Source: an uncultured Acidobacteriota bacterium (lineage in GTDB: Bacteria; Acidobacteriota; UBA6911). Taken from it: 64,000 bases of DNA. The translations under genes were made by a program, and so were the position numbers. How positions within the stretch are numbered: position 1 is the stretch's first letter; every line of letters begins with the position of its first letter. The notes under the pieces are model-generated. The model was not told the origin of the DNA. It saw nothing but the letters and a program-made list of their open reading frames with translations, and searched no databases. The stretch lies in NCBI GenBank assembly GCA_963843575.1, contig CAWJKZ010000024.1, forward strand, positions 384,001-448,000, written 5' to 3'. Of this stretch, positions 50,052-59,389 are shown piece by piece.

Positions 50052-51626
50052 ATGATGATGATCCTGAGAGCTTTTTGCGCAATCCTGTTGTTAGGTGCGG
50101 CGCCGGCGGAGGAGGCTACCCTGGTCGTCACCGGGGCGCACGTCTGGACGGGCAACCCACGCCAGCCTTGGGCGGAGGCGGTGGCGGCACTCGGGGAACG
50201 GATCCTGGCGGTGGGTTCGGCGCAGGATGTCGGCAAGTTCGTGGCGAACTCGACGCGGGTCGTCGACGGGCATGGCCGCATGCTGGTTCCCGGGTTCATC
50301 GATTCCCACACCCACCTCCTCATGCCTGCGCCCGCTGTCACGCCTATTTCGATCCGTTTCGCCAGGACGAAGGAGAAGTTCACTGAGCGGGTCGGCGCGT
50401 ATGCCGCAAAAGCGCCCAAAGGCGCATGGATCCTGGGCGGGGACTGGGACCATCGGCTGTGGGGAGGGGCCCTGCCTTCGCGGGACTGGATCGACAAGGT
50501 GACGCCCGGGAATCCGGTCTGGCTGTATCACGTGGACCAGGAAATGGCGCTGGCCAATTCCGCCGCCCTGCGTGCCGCGGGCATCACGCGGGACACGAAG
50601 GAAGAGCCGCCCGGGGGGATTGTCAGAGACCCCTCGACGGGCGAGCCCACCGGGATCCTGCGGCTGGGCGCCATGTCGCTGGTCGACGCCGCGGCCGAGG
50701 CGGTCGACCGGGACAACCACGACCGGGTTCTCGACGACTACATGCGCCGGATGGCGGCCGAGGGCACCACCTCGGTGCACAACACGACGGCGTGGAACCA
50801 GCTGCTGGTCTTCCGGCGTGCCCGGGCGAACGGGCGGTTGCGCGCCAGGATTTACGCCGCGCTGGCCCCGATCGGCGCCTGGAGGCGCCTGGTCGAGTAC
50901 ATTTCGATCAACGGCAGCGGCGATTGTTGGCTGCGCTGGAAGGCCGTCAAAGGATATGCGCGGAACTGGCCCGAGCCTTCGCCGGGCGCTCGCCCCGCCC
51001 CTCCGGGGCCAGGAGCGGTGGAGTCCAGCCTTGAGGAATTTGGCTCCTGGGTTGCGTCGGCGTCCGCAGCCGGGCTGCAGGTCCTCGTACACGACGGCGG
51101 CGGGATTCACCAGCTGCTGGGTATTTTCGAACGCGTCAGGCGGGAGCAGAATCTCGTCGACCCCCGCTTCCGCATCGAGCACGTCTTCTTCCTGACCGAC
51201 TCGGACGCCGCCAGGTTCGCGGGCGCCGGCGTCGTCGGGAGCCTGCAACCCGCGCTCGCCTTCGCATTCGACGATCCGCTCGAGTTCCAGCATCACCTGC
51301 CCTATCGCCCGCTGCTCGACGCGGGGGCGAGGATCGCATTCGGCAGCGATCAGGTGATCGGCTCGCCGCTGGCGGGAATCGCTCTCGCGGCAACGCACCC
51401 CGTGTCTCAGGGGAGAAAGATGCAGGTCGAGGAGGCGCTGCGCGCCTATACCTCGGACGCGGCCTATGCCGCCTTCGACGAGGACGAAAAAGGCACCCTG
51501 GAGCCCGGCAAGCTCGCGGACTTTGTCCTGATCGATCGCGACATCACCCGGATTCCACCCCGGGAAATCCGGGAAGCAAAAGTGCAGATGACGGTGGTCG
51601 GGGGGAAGGTCGTCTACGAGCGCTGA
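50052..51626 (+). CDS. Amidohydrolase 3 (YtcJ-like)
   Basis: PGFIDSHTH, ANSAAL, FRIEH, FGSD, GTLEPGKLADFV. Confidence 0.9.
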   Translation: MMMILRAFCAILLLGAAPAEEATLVVTGAHVWTGNPRQPWAEAVAALGERILAVGSAQDVGKFVANSTRVVDGHGRMLVPGFIDSHTHLLMPAPAVTPISIRFARTKEKFTERVGAYAAKAPKGAWILGGDWDHRLWGGALPSRDWIDKVTPGNPVWLYHVDQEMALANSAALRAAGITRDTKEEPPGGIVRDPSTGEPTGILRLGAMSLVDAAAEAVDRDNHDRVLDDYMRRMAAEGTTSVHNTTAWNQLLVFRRARANGRLRARIYAALAPIGAWRRLVEYISINGSGDCWLRWKAVKGYARNWPEPSPGARPAPPGPGAVESSLEEFGSWVASASAAGLQVLVHDGGGIHQLLGIFERVRREQNLVDPRFRIEHVFFLTDSDAARFAGAGVVGSLQPALAFAFDDPLEFQHHLPYRPLLDAGARIAFGSDQVIGSPLAGIALAATHPVSQGRKMQVEEALRAYTSDAAYAAFDEDEKGTLEPGKLADFVLIDRDITRIPPREIREAKVQMTVVGGKVVYER

Positions 51627-51890
51627 AATGGCCCGCGTTGCGCCGGTTCGCACGACGCCCTATTTTCTCCGGAGCACCTCCAAGGCTTGCGCAACCCCGG
51701 GGCCCCTTCCAGCCGCCACATCGTCGTCGGCGAATTCCGGCACGGCGATCTCGGGGGGAATGCCGATGCCATCGAACGTCGTCCCGGACGGAGTTCGAAA
51801 CGCGAGCTGCTGCGTCGTCTCCCGGGGCAAACCCGGAACTGGTCGGTGAGATCCGCGGCAGGGGTAGATCTCATCGGTTCCAGGGTGATT

Positions 51891-53081
51891 CTAAACTCGC
51901 CCGCCGAGAAGGCCCTCGTGCAGAAACACGGGCTTGTAGCCGTGTTCGGTAACCCACCGGATTGCCGCGTCCAGCCTCTGCGCGTGGTCGGGAACGTAGT
52001 TACGGTAGAACGGCCAGAAGTATTGTTCGTGGGTGAACAGGTCCATGATCTCCGCGGTGTCGGGGTTGGCGGCCAGGGGGTCCAGCGTGCCGGCGATACG
52101 GTCGACCGGCACGTTGTTACACACGATGTCGACACGCGAAAAGACAATCCCGCTGTCGAAATCCTTCCAGGCATCGTGCTGGGAGAGATACTCCGAATGC
52201 CGATCGTCCCAGCGGTAGTTGACGTCATACCCGCGATCGGTACGGGAAAAGTAACCGCTCAGCGCCCGCACGCCGCGGGTGAACAGTGGTTTGAGCGCAG
52301 ACTGCCGCGTCATGCCCCAGTGGATTACGGTGGGCGGCGCATAGACCTCCTCGCCGGCAATCCGGAGGATCTCGGCCGCCACGAGGTCCAGGTCGGCGAT
52401 CAGCTTCTCGGGCGGGGCATCCTCATAGGGCCTGTCCGGGTCGTTGGCGTAGGCATGGAAGGCCAGCTTCATCCAATCGGAGTTGTCGCGCCACTCGCCC
52501 TTGTAGCGGTCGGGAAACTGGGGCAGTTTGAAATCGTCCCCGGTCGTGTAGTAGATGTTCACGGAGAACTTCGCCCCGTACTTCCGGTGCAGGTCGCGCA
52601 GGATCTTCAGGTAGAAGCAGTCAAAAAGCGACGCGTAGCCCTTCTGCGCGATGTCGCGCAGAAAGAAACTGTTGTCGTCGATGGAGAAACGATACCGGGG
52701 TTCGCTGTAACGGTCCCAGACCACCCGGACGCTGTCCCTGTGCGGCCCGCCCCCTCCCTCGGCGAGTGCGACCAGTTCGGTCTCCGCCCCCCTCAAAACG
52801 ACGTCCGCACTGAAACGGTCTGCCTCGCGCCGGCACGGCGCACCGTTGACCGTCACCCGATCGCCCTGCGGGGCCGTGCCCGAAACGCGGATGGTCAGGC
52901 CGCCCGTGGCCGGCTTGCCGTGCCTGTGGTTCAGAACCGCGCCGTCGAATGGCTCGGCGATCTTCAGAGGTTGGCTTGTCGGTGCAGCGGACGTGTTCCC
53001 TCGCAGCGCCTGCCAACCGGTTGCGGCGCCGGCCGCGGCCGAGTTCAGGAAGCTGCGCCGGTTCATCCCGAAGCCTGTCAT
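51891..53081 (-). CDS. Tat-exported hypothetical protein with polysaccharide-deacetylase-like motifs
   Basis: NRRSFL; FSIDDN, LAFHA, FTHEQY. Confidence 0.65.
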   Translation of the reverse strand: MTGFGMNRRSFLNSAAAGAATGWQALRGNTSAAPTSQPLKIAEPFDGAVLNHRHGKPATGGLTIRVSGTAPQGDRVTVNGAPCRREADRFSADVVLRGAETELVALAEGGGGPHRDSVRVVWDRYSEPRYRFSIDDNSFFLRDIAQKGYASLFDCFYLKILRDLHRKYGAKFSVNIYYTTGDDFKLPQFPDRYKGEWRDNSDWMKLAFHAYANDPDRPYEDAPPEKLIADLDLVAAEILRIAGEEVYAPPTVIHWGMTRQSALKPLFTRGVRALSGYFSRTDRGYDVNYRWDDRHSEYLSQHDAWKDFDSGIVFSRVDIVCNNVPVDRIAGTLDPLAANPDTAEIMDLFTHEQYFWPFYRNYVPDHAQRLDAAIRWVTEHGYKPVFLHEGLLGGRV

Positions 53082-53120
53082 GGTCTGCTCCTTCGGCTGT
53101 GTGCCGGGATCGTGGGATGC

Positions 53121-54500
53121 TCACTTGAGAAACAGCTCGACGACCGGGATCTCAACTGCGGGTTTCACCACCGGGAGCCTGAGAATCAGGTCGCCGGACG
53201 CCCCCTCTTCCCGGATCCAGGTTGAGTCCTTCCTCGTGCTCATCCTCAGTTCGGAAGCGTCGTGCAGGAGCTGCGCATATTTGACCTTGTCGGCGTACCC
53301 CTCGAGTGCGAGCTGCCCCATGGGCCAGTCGAGCAGGTGGACGTAGAGCCTCCGGGTCCCTGGATTGTAGGTGAGCAGGGAGTTTTCCGGCGCTTTGAAT
53401 CCGTCGGGTGCCTGGGTGCAGCCGTAGATGGAAGGGCTGTTCACCTGCATCCAGCGGCCCATCGCGCGCAACCGGTCCTGTGCCCGGTCGTCGAAGGTGC
53501 CGCGCGCCGTCGGCCCGACGTTGAGCAGCAGGTTGCCCCCCTTGCTCACCGTTTCGATGAGCAGCACCAGCAGCTGCTTCGCGTCCTTCCAGGTGGGCTC
53601 GTCGCGGTAGTAGCCCCAGGAGCCGGAGAACGTCTGGCAGGTCTCCCAGGGGACGCGCACCCCGTTCATGGTCACCCACTGGCGCGGCTTGAACTGCTCG
53701 GGCGTGCGGAAGTCCCAGCCGCCGTCCACGTCCAGCAGGTCGAGGCGGTCGTTGACTATGATGCCGGGCTGCAGCTCCCGCACCATCTTCAGCAGGTTCT
53801 CCGAATCCCAGTCCGCCCTCCCCTTGCCGTTTTTGCCGGCGAAGGAGAAATCCAGCCAGATGATGTCGATCTTGCCGTAATTGGTGAGCAACTCGCGAAC
53901 CTGGTCTTTCAGGTACTGGCGGTAGACCGCCATGTCGCGCCCCTGATTCAGGCTCGCGTACTCCTCGTCGGTTTTTGCGCTCTGAGGGTGATTGCTGTCG
54001 ACGGTGTAGCTGGGGTGATGCCAGTCGAGCAGCGAATAGTAGAATCCGACCCTGAGCCCTTCCTGGCGGAAAGCGTCGACCCAGGGGCGGATCAGGTCGC
54101 GCCGCGCAGGGGTGTTGGTGGCCTTGTAGTCGGTGAATTTGGAATCGAAAAGGCAGAAGCCCTCGTGATGTTTGCTCGTGATCACGGCGTACTTCATGCC
54201 GGCCGCCTTGGCCATCCTGGCCCATTCGTGCGGGTCGTACAGGTCGGGGTTAAAGAGATCGAAGTACTTCTGGTAGTCCTCGTTCGTCATCCGCTCGTAC
54301 TTCTTCACCCACTCGTGGCGCGCCGCCTGCGCATACAGCCCCCAGTGGATGAACATGCCGAAACGCGCCTCGGTCCACCACCGCATGCGCGTTTCCTTTT
54401 GCTGCGCCGTCTCCCTCGGCAGCTGGGCAAGCCCGCTCATCGAGAGCAGAAGCAGGCAGGTTGCGGCCAGCGCGGCTTTCGACAGACCGTGTCTCTTCAT
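53121..54500 (-). CDS. Alpha-L-fucosidase (GH29)
   Basis: ARFGMFIHWGLY, TSKHHEGF, YYSLLDW, IIWLDFS, GGNLLLNVGP. Confidence 0.95.
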   Translation of the reverse strand: MKRHGLSKAALAATCLLLLSMSGLAQLPRETAQQKETRMRWWTEARFGMFIHWGLYAQAARHEWVKKYERMTNEDYQKYFDLFNPDLYDPHEWARMAKAAGMKYAVITSKHHEGFCLFDSKFTDYKATNTPARRDLIRPWVDAFRQEGLRVGFYYSLLDWHHPSYTVDSNHPQSAKTDEEYASLNQGRDMAVYRQYLKDQVRELLTNYGKIDIIWLDFSFAGKNGKGRADWDSENLLKMVRELQPGIIVNDRLDLLDVDGGWDFRTPEQFKPRQWVTMNGVRVPWETCQTFSGSWGYYRDEPTWKDAKQLLVLLIETVSKGGNLLLNVGPTARGTFDDRAQDRLRAMGRWMQVNSPSIYGCTQAPDGFKAPENSLLTYNPGTRRLYVHLLDWPMGQLALEGYADKVKYAQLLHDASELRMSTRKDSTWIREEGASGDLILRLPVVKPAVEIPVVELFLK

Positions 54501-54626
54501 ATATTGTCCTCGCAAGACAATGGCCCCAGGTTGATATTGGATCGATCTCGTTCGCAAGGGCAATCCTAATGCCCGTCGAGCATCTACCGTCAGCTTTTTT
54601 TCGCTGGGTCGGCCGCTGGGTTCCCC

Positions 54627-55805
54627 TCAGGAGGGTTCGGCTCGGTTTGCGGATCCTGCCCGTTTCGTCACCATGAGCAGGTCGAGCGGGTCGGGGAGGC
54701 TGGGAAACAGGGACCGGTACTTCAGCGACACCCTGTTGTATGCGCAGATGAAATCCGGTACCCGGTGCGGGTCCGAGTTTGCCGGGTCGCAGGCAATCGA
54801 TGCGGGGCACACCGAGCAGGCGCGACTGTAGCTGCACTCGGCGCACCTGCCGTAGGAGGAGTACCGCTCCTCGAGGTCACGGAACAAGGCCGTATCTGCT
54901 ATCGTCTTCAGGTAGTCGGAATGACGTTGCCGTAGCCGGGAATCACGAAAATCCCCCAGCTTGAGCGGTGCGAGTGCCTGGTTGAGCAGGTCGGAAGAAA
55001 ATTCCCGGTAGGATTCGGCGAACAGCACGCAACCGTACGCCTGGCCGTCCACGTCGATGACGAGGTTGCTCCCGGCGACAGCGCTGCACGGTTCGCGGGT
55101 CTCCCTGCCCCCGGCGTGCTTGCGGAAAAGTGCGACCGGCACCGTGCCCGTTTCTCGCAGGCAGCGCAGGCTGTCCGCATATACCCCGGCGAACTGGTCG
55201 TCGAGGGCCGCGACATCCCCGACTTTCCACTCGGGCCACGGGCGCATCGCCGGGAACAGGATGAGGTGGCAGACTCCTTTCTCCATGAAGTACCGGACGG
55301 ATTCTGAAAGGTACCGCACCGTGGCGGGGGTCTGGATCGCACTGATGCGCAGTCTCCGGCTGAAGAGATCCGGGGTATTACGCCGCAACCGGTCCAGGAG
55401 AGAGTCCAGCGCATCGAACGACGCCTGTTGCCGGTAATCCTGCGCTGAGGCGACGCCGTCGAAGCTCAGTTGAACCTGGAATCGATGGTCGTCGAGAAAA
55501 CGGGCGATTTCATCGGTGATCAGCAGCCCATTTGTACTGATTTCGTAATCGACCTTCCGGTCTGGGGGCAATCGGGAAGCCGCGTACCCGACTGATTCGA
55601 GGATCGAGTCCCACTGCAGCAGCGGTTCGCCGCCTGTGAAGTGGATCCTGATGTTCTCGGTGCCCCGGGCGATGGCGAAATCCACCGCCGCCCTGAGCGT
55701 GTCCGATGCCGTGTCGATGTGCTTCCGGGCAGTCTGGTAGCAGTACCTGCAGCTCAGGTTGCACTCGGTCGTGAGGATGAGGGTAAAGGAACTGAAACCG
55801 ACCAC
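54627..55805 (-). CDS. Radical SAM protein with SPASM-type auxiliary cluster domain
   Basis: CNLSCRYC, FTGGEPLL, STNG, LSFDG; C...DGQAYGC...CAECSYSRACSVCP...IC. Confidence 0.93.
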   Translation of the reverse strand: MVGFSSFTLILTTECNLSCRYCYQTARKHIDTASDTLRAAVDFAIARGTENIRIHFTGGEPLLQWDSILESVGYAASRLPPDRKVDYEISTNGLLITDEIARFLDDHRFQVQLSFDGVASAQDYRQQASFDALDSLLDRLRRNTPDLFSRRLRISAIQTPATVRYLSESVRYFMEKGVCHLILFPAMRPWPEWKVGDVAALDDQFAGVYADSLRCLRETGTVPVALFRKHAGGRETREPCSAVAGSNLVIDVDGQAYGCVLFAESYREFSSDLLNQALAPLKLGDFRDSRLRQRHSDYLKTIADTALFRDLEERYSSYGRCAECSYSRACSVCPASIACDPANSDPHRVPDFICAYNRVSLKYRSLFPSLPDPLDLLMVTKRAGSANRAEPS

Positions 55806-55818
55806 AACAGCCCTGTAA

Positions 55819-56052
55819 TCAGCGGCAGGGTCCCACAGGTGGAATCCGATTCTTCATCAAGTAAGTTTCCGAAACAAAGCCGATGACCTGCTCGTCCGGC
55901 TGGGTCAGGGTCAGCGAATTCCTGAACTCGCGTATGACGCCGCGGGTGTAGCAGAGCTGGTCGAGGTTCTGATCATAAAGCGCATTTTCTATGTTTTCCA
56001 GCATCTGTCGCAGGTGACCGATTGTAACGTCCTGTCCTTCGGTGACTGACAT
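55819..56052 (-). CDS. 77-aa peptide, candidate radical SAM substrate or partner
   Basis: Strong AAAGGAG RBS; 13-nt gaps to both the upstream kinase and the downstream rSAM gene. Confidence 0.75.
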   Translation of the reverse strand: MSVTEGQDVTIGHLRQMLENIENALYDQNLDQLCYTRGVIREFRNSLTLTQPDEQVIGFVSETYLMKNRIPPVGPCR

Positions 56053-56065
56053 GGTTGTTCTCCTT

Positions 56066-58888
56066 TCAGAACACGCCCTTAGTCGCCTTCAACATCCAAA
56101 TCTGTCCGGCCGTTTCCTCGTTCGAAAACACGAGCCACTTTCCATCCCTGGATAAATCGAATAGCCCGCTGGATTGGGCTCCTCCAAACTCGATCTCCGG
56201 CGCGAACGGGGCCGCAACGCCGGAGGCCGAGACCGTGCGCAAGGTAACTCGTTTCTCGCCCCACGAACCGCTGACCAGGAGATCGCCCGTGAGCGCGTCC
56301 CAGCGGACGAACTTTGCGTTCGCCCCCCGGGTGCACTGTTGGATCGCCCCGCCTCCGTCGGCCGAAACGAGCGCCACGTCGGTGCCGCCGGTGTTCCCGT
56401 CGACGAAAGCGAGCCGCTTGCCGTCCGGTGACCACACCGGGCCATAGGCCATCGCGGATCCGGCCGCGACGCGCTGCCGGGCCCCTAATTGCCCCGGATC
56501 GCCCCTCTCGACGGCTTCTCTGACCCGCACCGTGACTATTTCAGAACCGGTGCCCGTCAGTGACACGAAGGCGAGCATGGAGCCGTCCGGCGACCAGGAG
56601 GGCGTGTGGCTTTGGGGTGGGCAGACCGGCAGCACGCGCCCGCTCGAGGAGGAAACCACCAGGACCTCGCGCTTGTTGCCTGTCAGCCGATAGCAGGCGA
56701 TCCACTGTCCGTCGGGTGACAGTGCCGGGTGTTGCAGGTTTCCCTGCCGCTCCGTGATGGGAGTGGGGTCCCCGTGGGGGATTCCGTCCTTCAGCGGTTC
56801 CGCCCAGAGGTCGCCTTCCGTGCCCGAGAGCTTCGGGGTGAACACAACGGACGAGCCGTCCGCGGCAATCGCGGGGAGCGACAGCGCCCACTGATTGACC
56901 GGCAGTGACGCCATCGCACGCGAGAGCCTGTTGAGGAGCAGGAGTTTCGCCCGGGAGTTGATGGTTGCGTACACGAGCCGCTTGCCATCCTTGGACAGGC
57001 TGGGGTGACGCTCCTCGGGCACGCCGTCGGTGACACGGAAGGGCGCTCCCCCGTTTGCCGCGACGCACCATATCGCACACCTGCCGCCCATCAGGCCGCA
57101 GTAGTAGATCCGTTCCCCGTCCGAGGACCAGGCCGGATCATACTTGTGGGTCCCGTCGCTGGTGATGCGCACCCGTCTGGCGCCGCCGGCCCATTCCGAC
57201 GTCCAGAGGTCCTGGTTTTCCACGTAGCAGACCCTTCGGCCGTCGGGCGACCATGCCGGCCGGCCCGTGTCTGTCATGAGCCCGCTCAGGGCTGTGGCCG
57301 ACGACGGGTTTCCGAGGGGTGCCACCGCGACGCGGTAGCCGTTCGGCAGGATCTGGGTGTAGGCGATGTGCAGATTGTCCGGCGATATGGCCGGCTCGAC
57401 CGCGTCTGATATCAGGAGGGTCGAGCCGCCGCCGAGCAGCCTGATTTTGCGGATCTCCGGCCTCCCCTCGGTCCGGGATGAATAGGCGATATTGGATCCG
57501 TCCGGGAACCAGGCAGGATCCGTGTCCTCCGCAGGACTTTCCGTGATGTTCCGGCGGGTGGTGCCGTCCAAGTCGGTCACGTAGATCTCGGAATTCCCTG
57601 AGGCGTTTGATGAAAACGCGATCCAGTTGCCGTCGGGTGCAATATCCGGCTGGCCTTCGACGGCAGTGCTGGCGGTTACGGGCGCGACTTCAAAACTCGG
57701 GACAGGCGGCACCGTGCGGCGTGACCATTGCCAGAGCACCCCGGCGGTAATCAGCAGGCAGGCGAGGATCGCGACCCCCGCGAATCCGGGCTTGATCAGG
57801 CCGGCAAACGAGAGGCTTTTCCATTTCGGCCCAAGGGCAATGAGGCGTTGCTCGCGTATCTCCTCGAGTTCGACCTTCACGTCCGCCATCGTCTGGAAGC
57901 GGCGCGCCGGATCCTTGCGCAGGCAGCGATCGACCACTCCGCGCAACGGGTCGGGCACGCCCCTCTGGAGCGGAGCCGGCTCCTCCTTGATGATTGCCGC
58001 CAGGGTCGAAATGAAGTGCTCTCCTTTGAACGGGCGCCGGCCGGACAGCATCTCGTAGAGCATCGACCCGAAGCTGAAGATGTCCGACCGGCAGTCGAGC
58101 GGCTGGCCCTGCGCCTGCTCCGGCGACATGTACGCCGCCGTGCCGAATACCTTTCCTTCCAGCGTCGAAGATTCCTCGTGCCCTGTCCTCGCGGTCGCGG
58201 CGGCCCCGGACGGAACCCGCGCGAGGCCGAAGTCGAGCACCTTGACGAAGCCGGCAGCGGTGATCATGACGTTGGAGGGTTTCAAGTCCCGGTGAACGAT
58301 CCCTTTTGCGTGGGCGTGAGTGAGCGCGTCCGCAACCTGGACCGCGTACTTCAGCGCGTCGTCGAGCGGCAGGCCGTTCGGGCCGATCACCCGGTCCAAC
58401 CGCTTTCCGTCGACCCACTCCATCGCGATAAAGTCGAAGTTCTCCGATCTGTCCACGTCGTAAACGGTGAGGATATTGGGGTGGCTGATCTGGGCGAGCG
58501 CGCGCGCTTCCTTCAGGAAACGCCGCCGGCCGTCGTCGCTGCCAAGCGTCCCGGGCGCGAGGATTTTGATCGCAACCTCGCGCTGGAGCTTTTCATCGCG
58601 GGCGCGGTAGACGACACCCATGCCACCCCGTCCCTCCAGGGCCTCGATCATGTACGACGAAAACCTCGACCCTGGCGCAAGACCACCGCGGTGCCCGGCA
58701 GAGCCCGCCGCCCTCTCCGTCGTCCCGGCCATCGCGGAAGCGTCCTGTAAGAGGTGCGATTTGACTTCCCGCCGCAGCTCGGCGTCGCCGGCACAGGCTT
58801 CGTCCACGAAGGCGTCGACCTTGCCGGTAGGGAGGGTGCGTGCTTTGTCGACGATGCCCGAAATCCGGTTGTAGCGTTCAGGGTCCAT
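56066..58888 (-). CDS. Hanks-type Ser/Thr kinase + TM + PD40/TolB beta-propeller
   Basis: GRGGMGVVY, VAIKIL, HRDLKPSN, DFGLAR, YMSPEQ; WSPDG repeats. Confidence 0.95.
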   Translation of the reverse strand: MDPERYNRISGIVDKARTLPTGKVDAFVDEACAGDAELRREVKSHLLQDASAMAGTTERAAGSAGHRGGLAPGSRFSSYMIEALEGRGGMGVVYRARDEKLQREVAIKILAPGTLGSDDGRRRFLKEARALAQISHPNILTVYDVDRSENFDFIAMEWVDGKRLDRVIGPNGLPLDDALKYAVQVADALTHAHAKGIVHRDLKPSNVMITAAGFVKVLDFGLARVPSGAAATARTGHEESSTLEGKVFGTAAYMSPEQAQGQPLDCRSDIFSFGSMLYEMLSGRRPFKGEHFISTLAAIIKEEPAPLQRGVPDPLRGVVDRCLRKDPARRFQTMADVKVELEEIREQRLIALGPKWKSLSFAGLIKPGFAGVAILACLLITAGVLWQWSRRTVPPVPSFEVAPVTASTAVEGQPDIAPDGNWIAFSSNASGNSEIYVTDLDGTTRRNITESPAEDTDPAWFPDGSNIAYSSRTEGRPEIRKIRLLGGGSTLLISDAVEPAISPDNLHIAYTQILPNGYRVAVAPLGNPSSATALSGLMTDTGRPAWSPDGRRVCYVENQDLWTSEWAGGARRVRITSDGTHKYDPAWSSDGERIYYCGLMGGRCAIWCVAANGGAPFRVTDGVPEERHPSLSKDGKRLVYATINSRAKLLLLNRLSRAMASLPVNQWALSLPAIAADGSSVVFTPKLSGTEGDLWAEPLKDGIPHGDPTPITERQGNLQHPALSPDGQWIACYRLTGNKREVLVVSSSSGRVLPVCPPQSHTPSWSPDGSMLAFVSLTGTGSEIVTVRVREAVERGDPGQLGARQRVAAGSAMAYGPVWSPDGKRLAFVDGNTGGTDVALVSADGGGAIQQCTRGANAKFVRWDALTGDLLVSGSWGEKRVTLRTVSASGVAAPFAPEIEFGGAQSSGLFDLSRDGKWLVFSNEETAGQIWMLKATKGVF

Positions 58889-59389
58889 TGGTGGACCCCC
58901 GGTAAGGTGCGACAGTGGGTTTTCAGGGGTCCGCGTTTAAGCCAAGGAGCGACGCGGAATTGCCCTAATATAGCACCAGGACGCGTGCCGGGCTACAACG
59001 AAGTCCACGCAGATCCGTTGGCTGAGCGTGCGGCCGCTTCCCTGCGTGGCCGGCCTCGGGCGCCGTGAAACGGCGCCCCGCACGGTGTCCTCCGCGACCC
59101 TTCGCTTTCCAGGAGCCTCAGAGGTGAGTTCAACCCGGCGGTGATCGGTGTTCACCCGCGTCTGTACCGGTCAATGATGGGAAGAGCAAAAGCAGAACGC
59201 GGATGTCTGCGGATTTGACGGGTTCCCGCGGCCTGTCACCAATGCCTTTGTCTTTCATCCTGAGCCTTCAGCGTCGGTTCGCCCATGGTATGTTCCTTTC
59301 GTGGCCATCCCGTCCAAAATACAGCCTGCGCCGGCCGGCGGCGTGGCCGGGGCCGTGGTATGCTTGCACGCATCACCTTGGGCGCGCGT

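Noticed and set aside
54627-55805. Anaerobic sulfatase maturase assignment for the rSAM
   Set aside because: No sulfatase in the window and the gene is tightly coupled to a short peptide ORF; not fully excluded without a phylogeny
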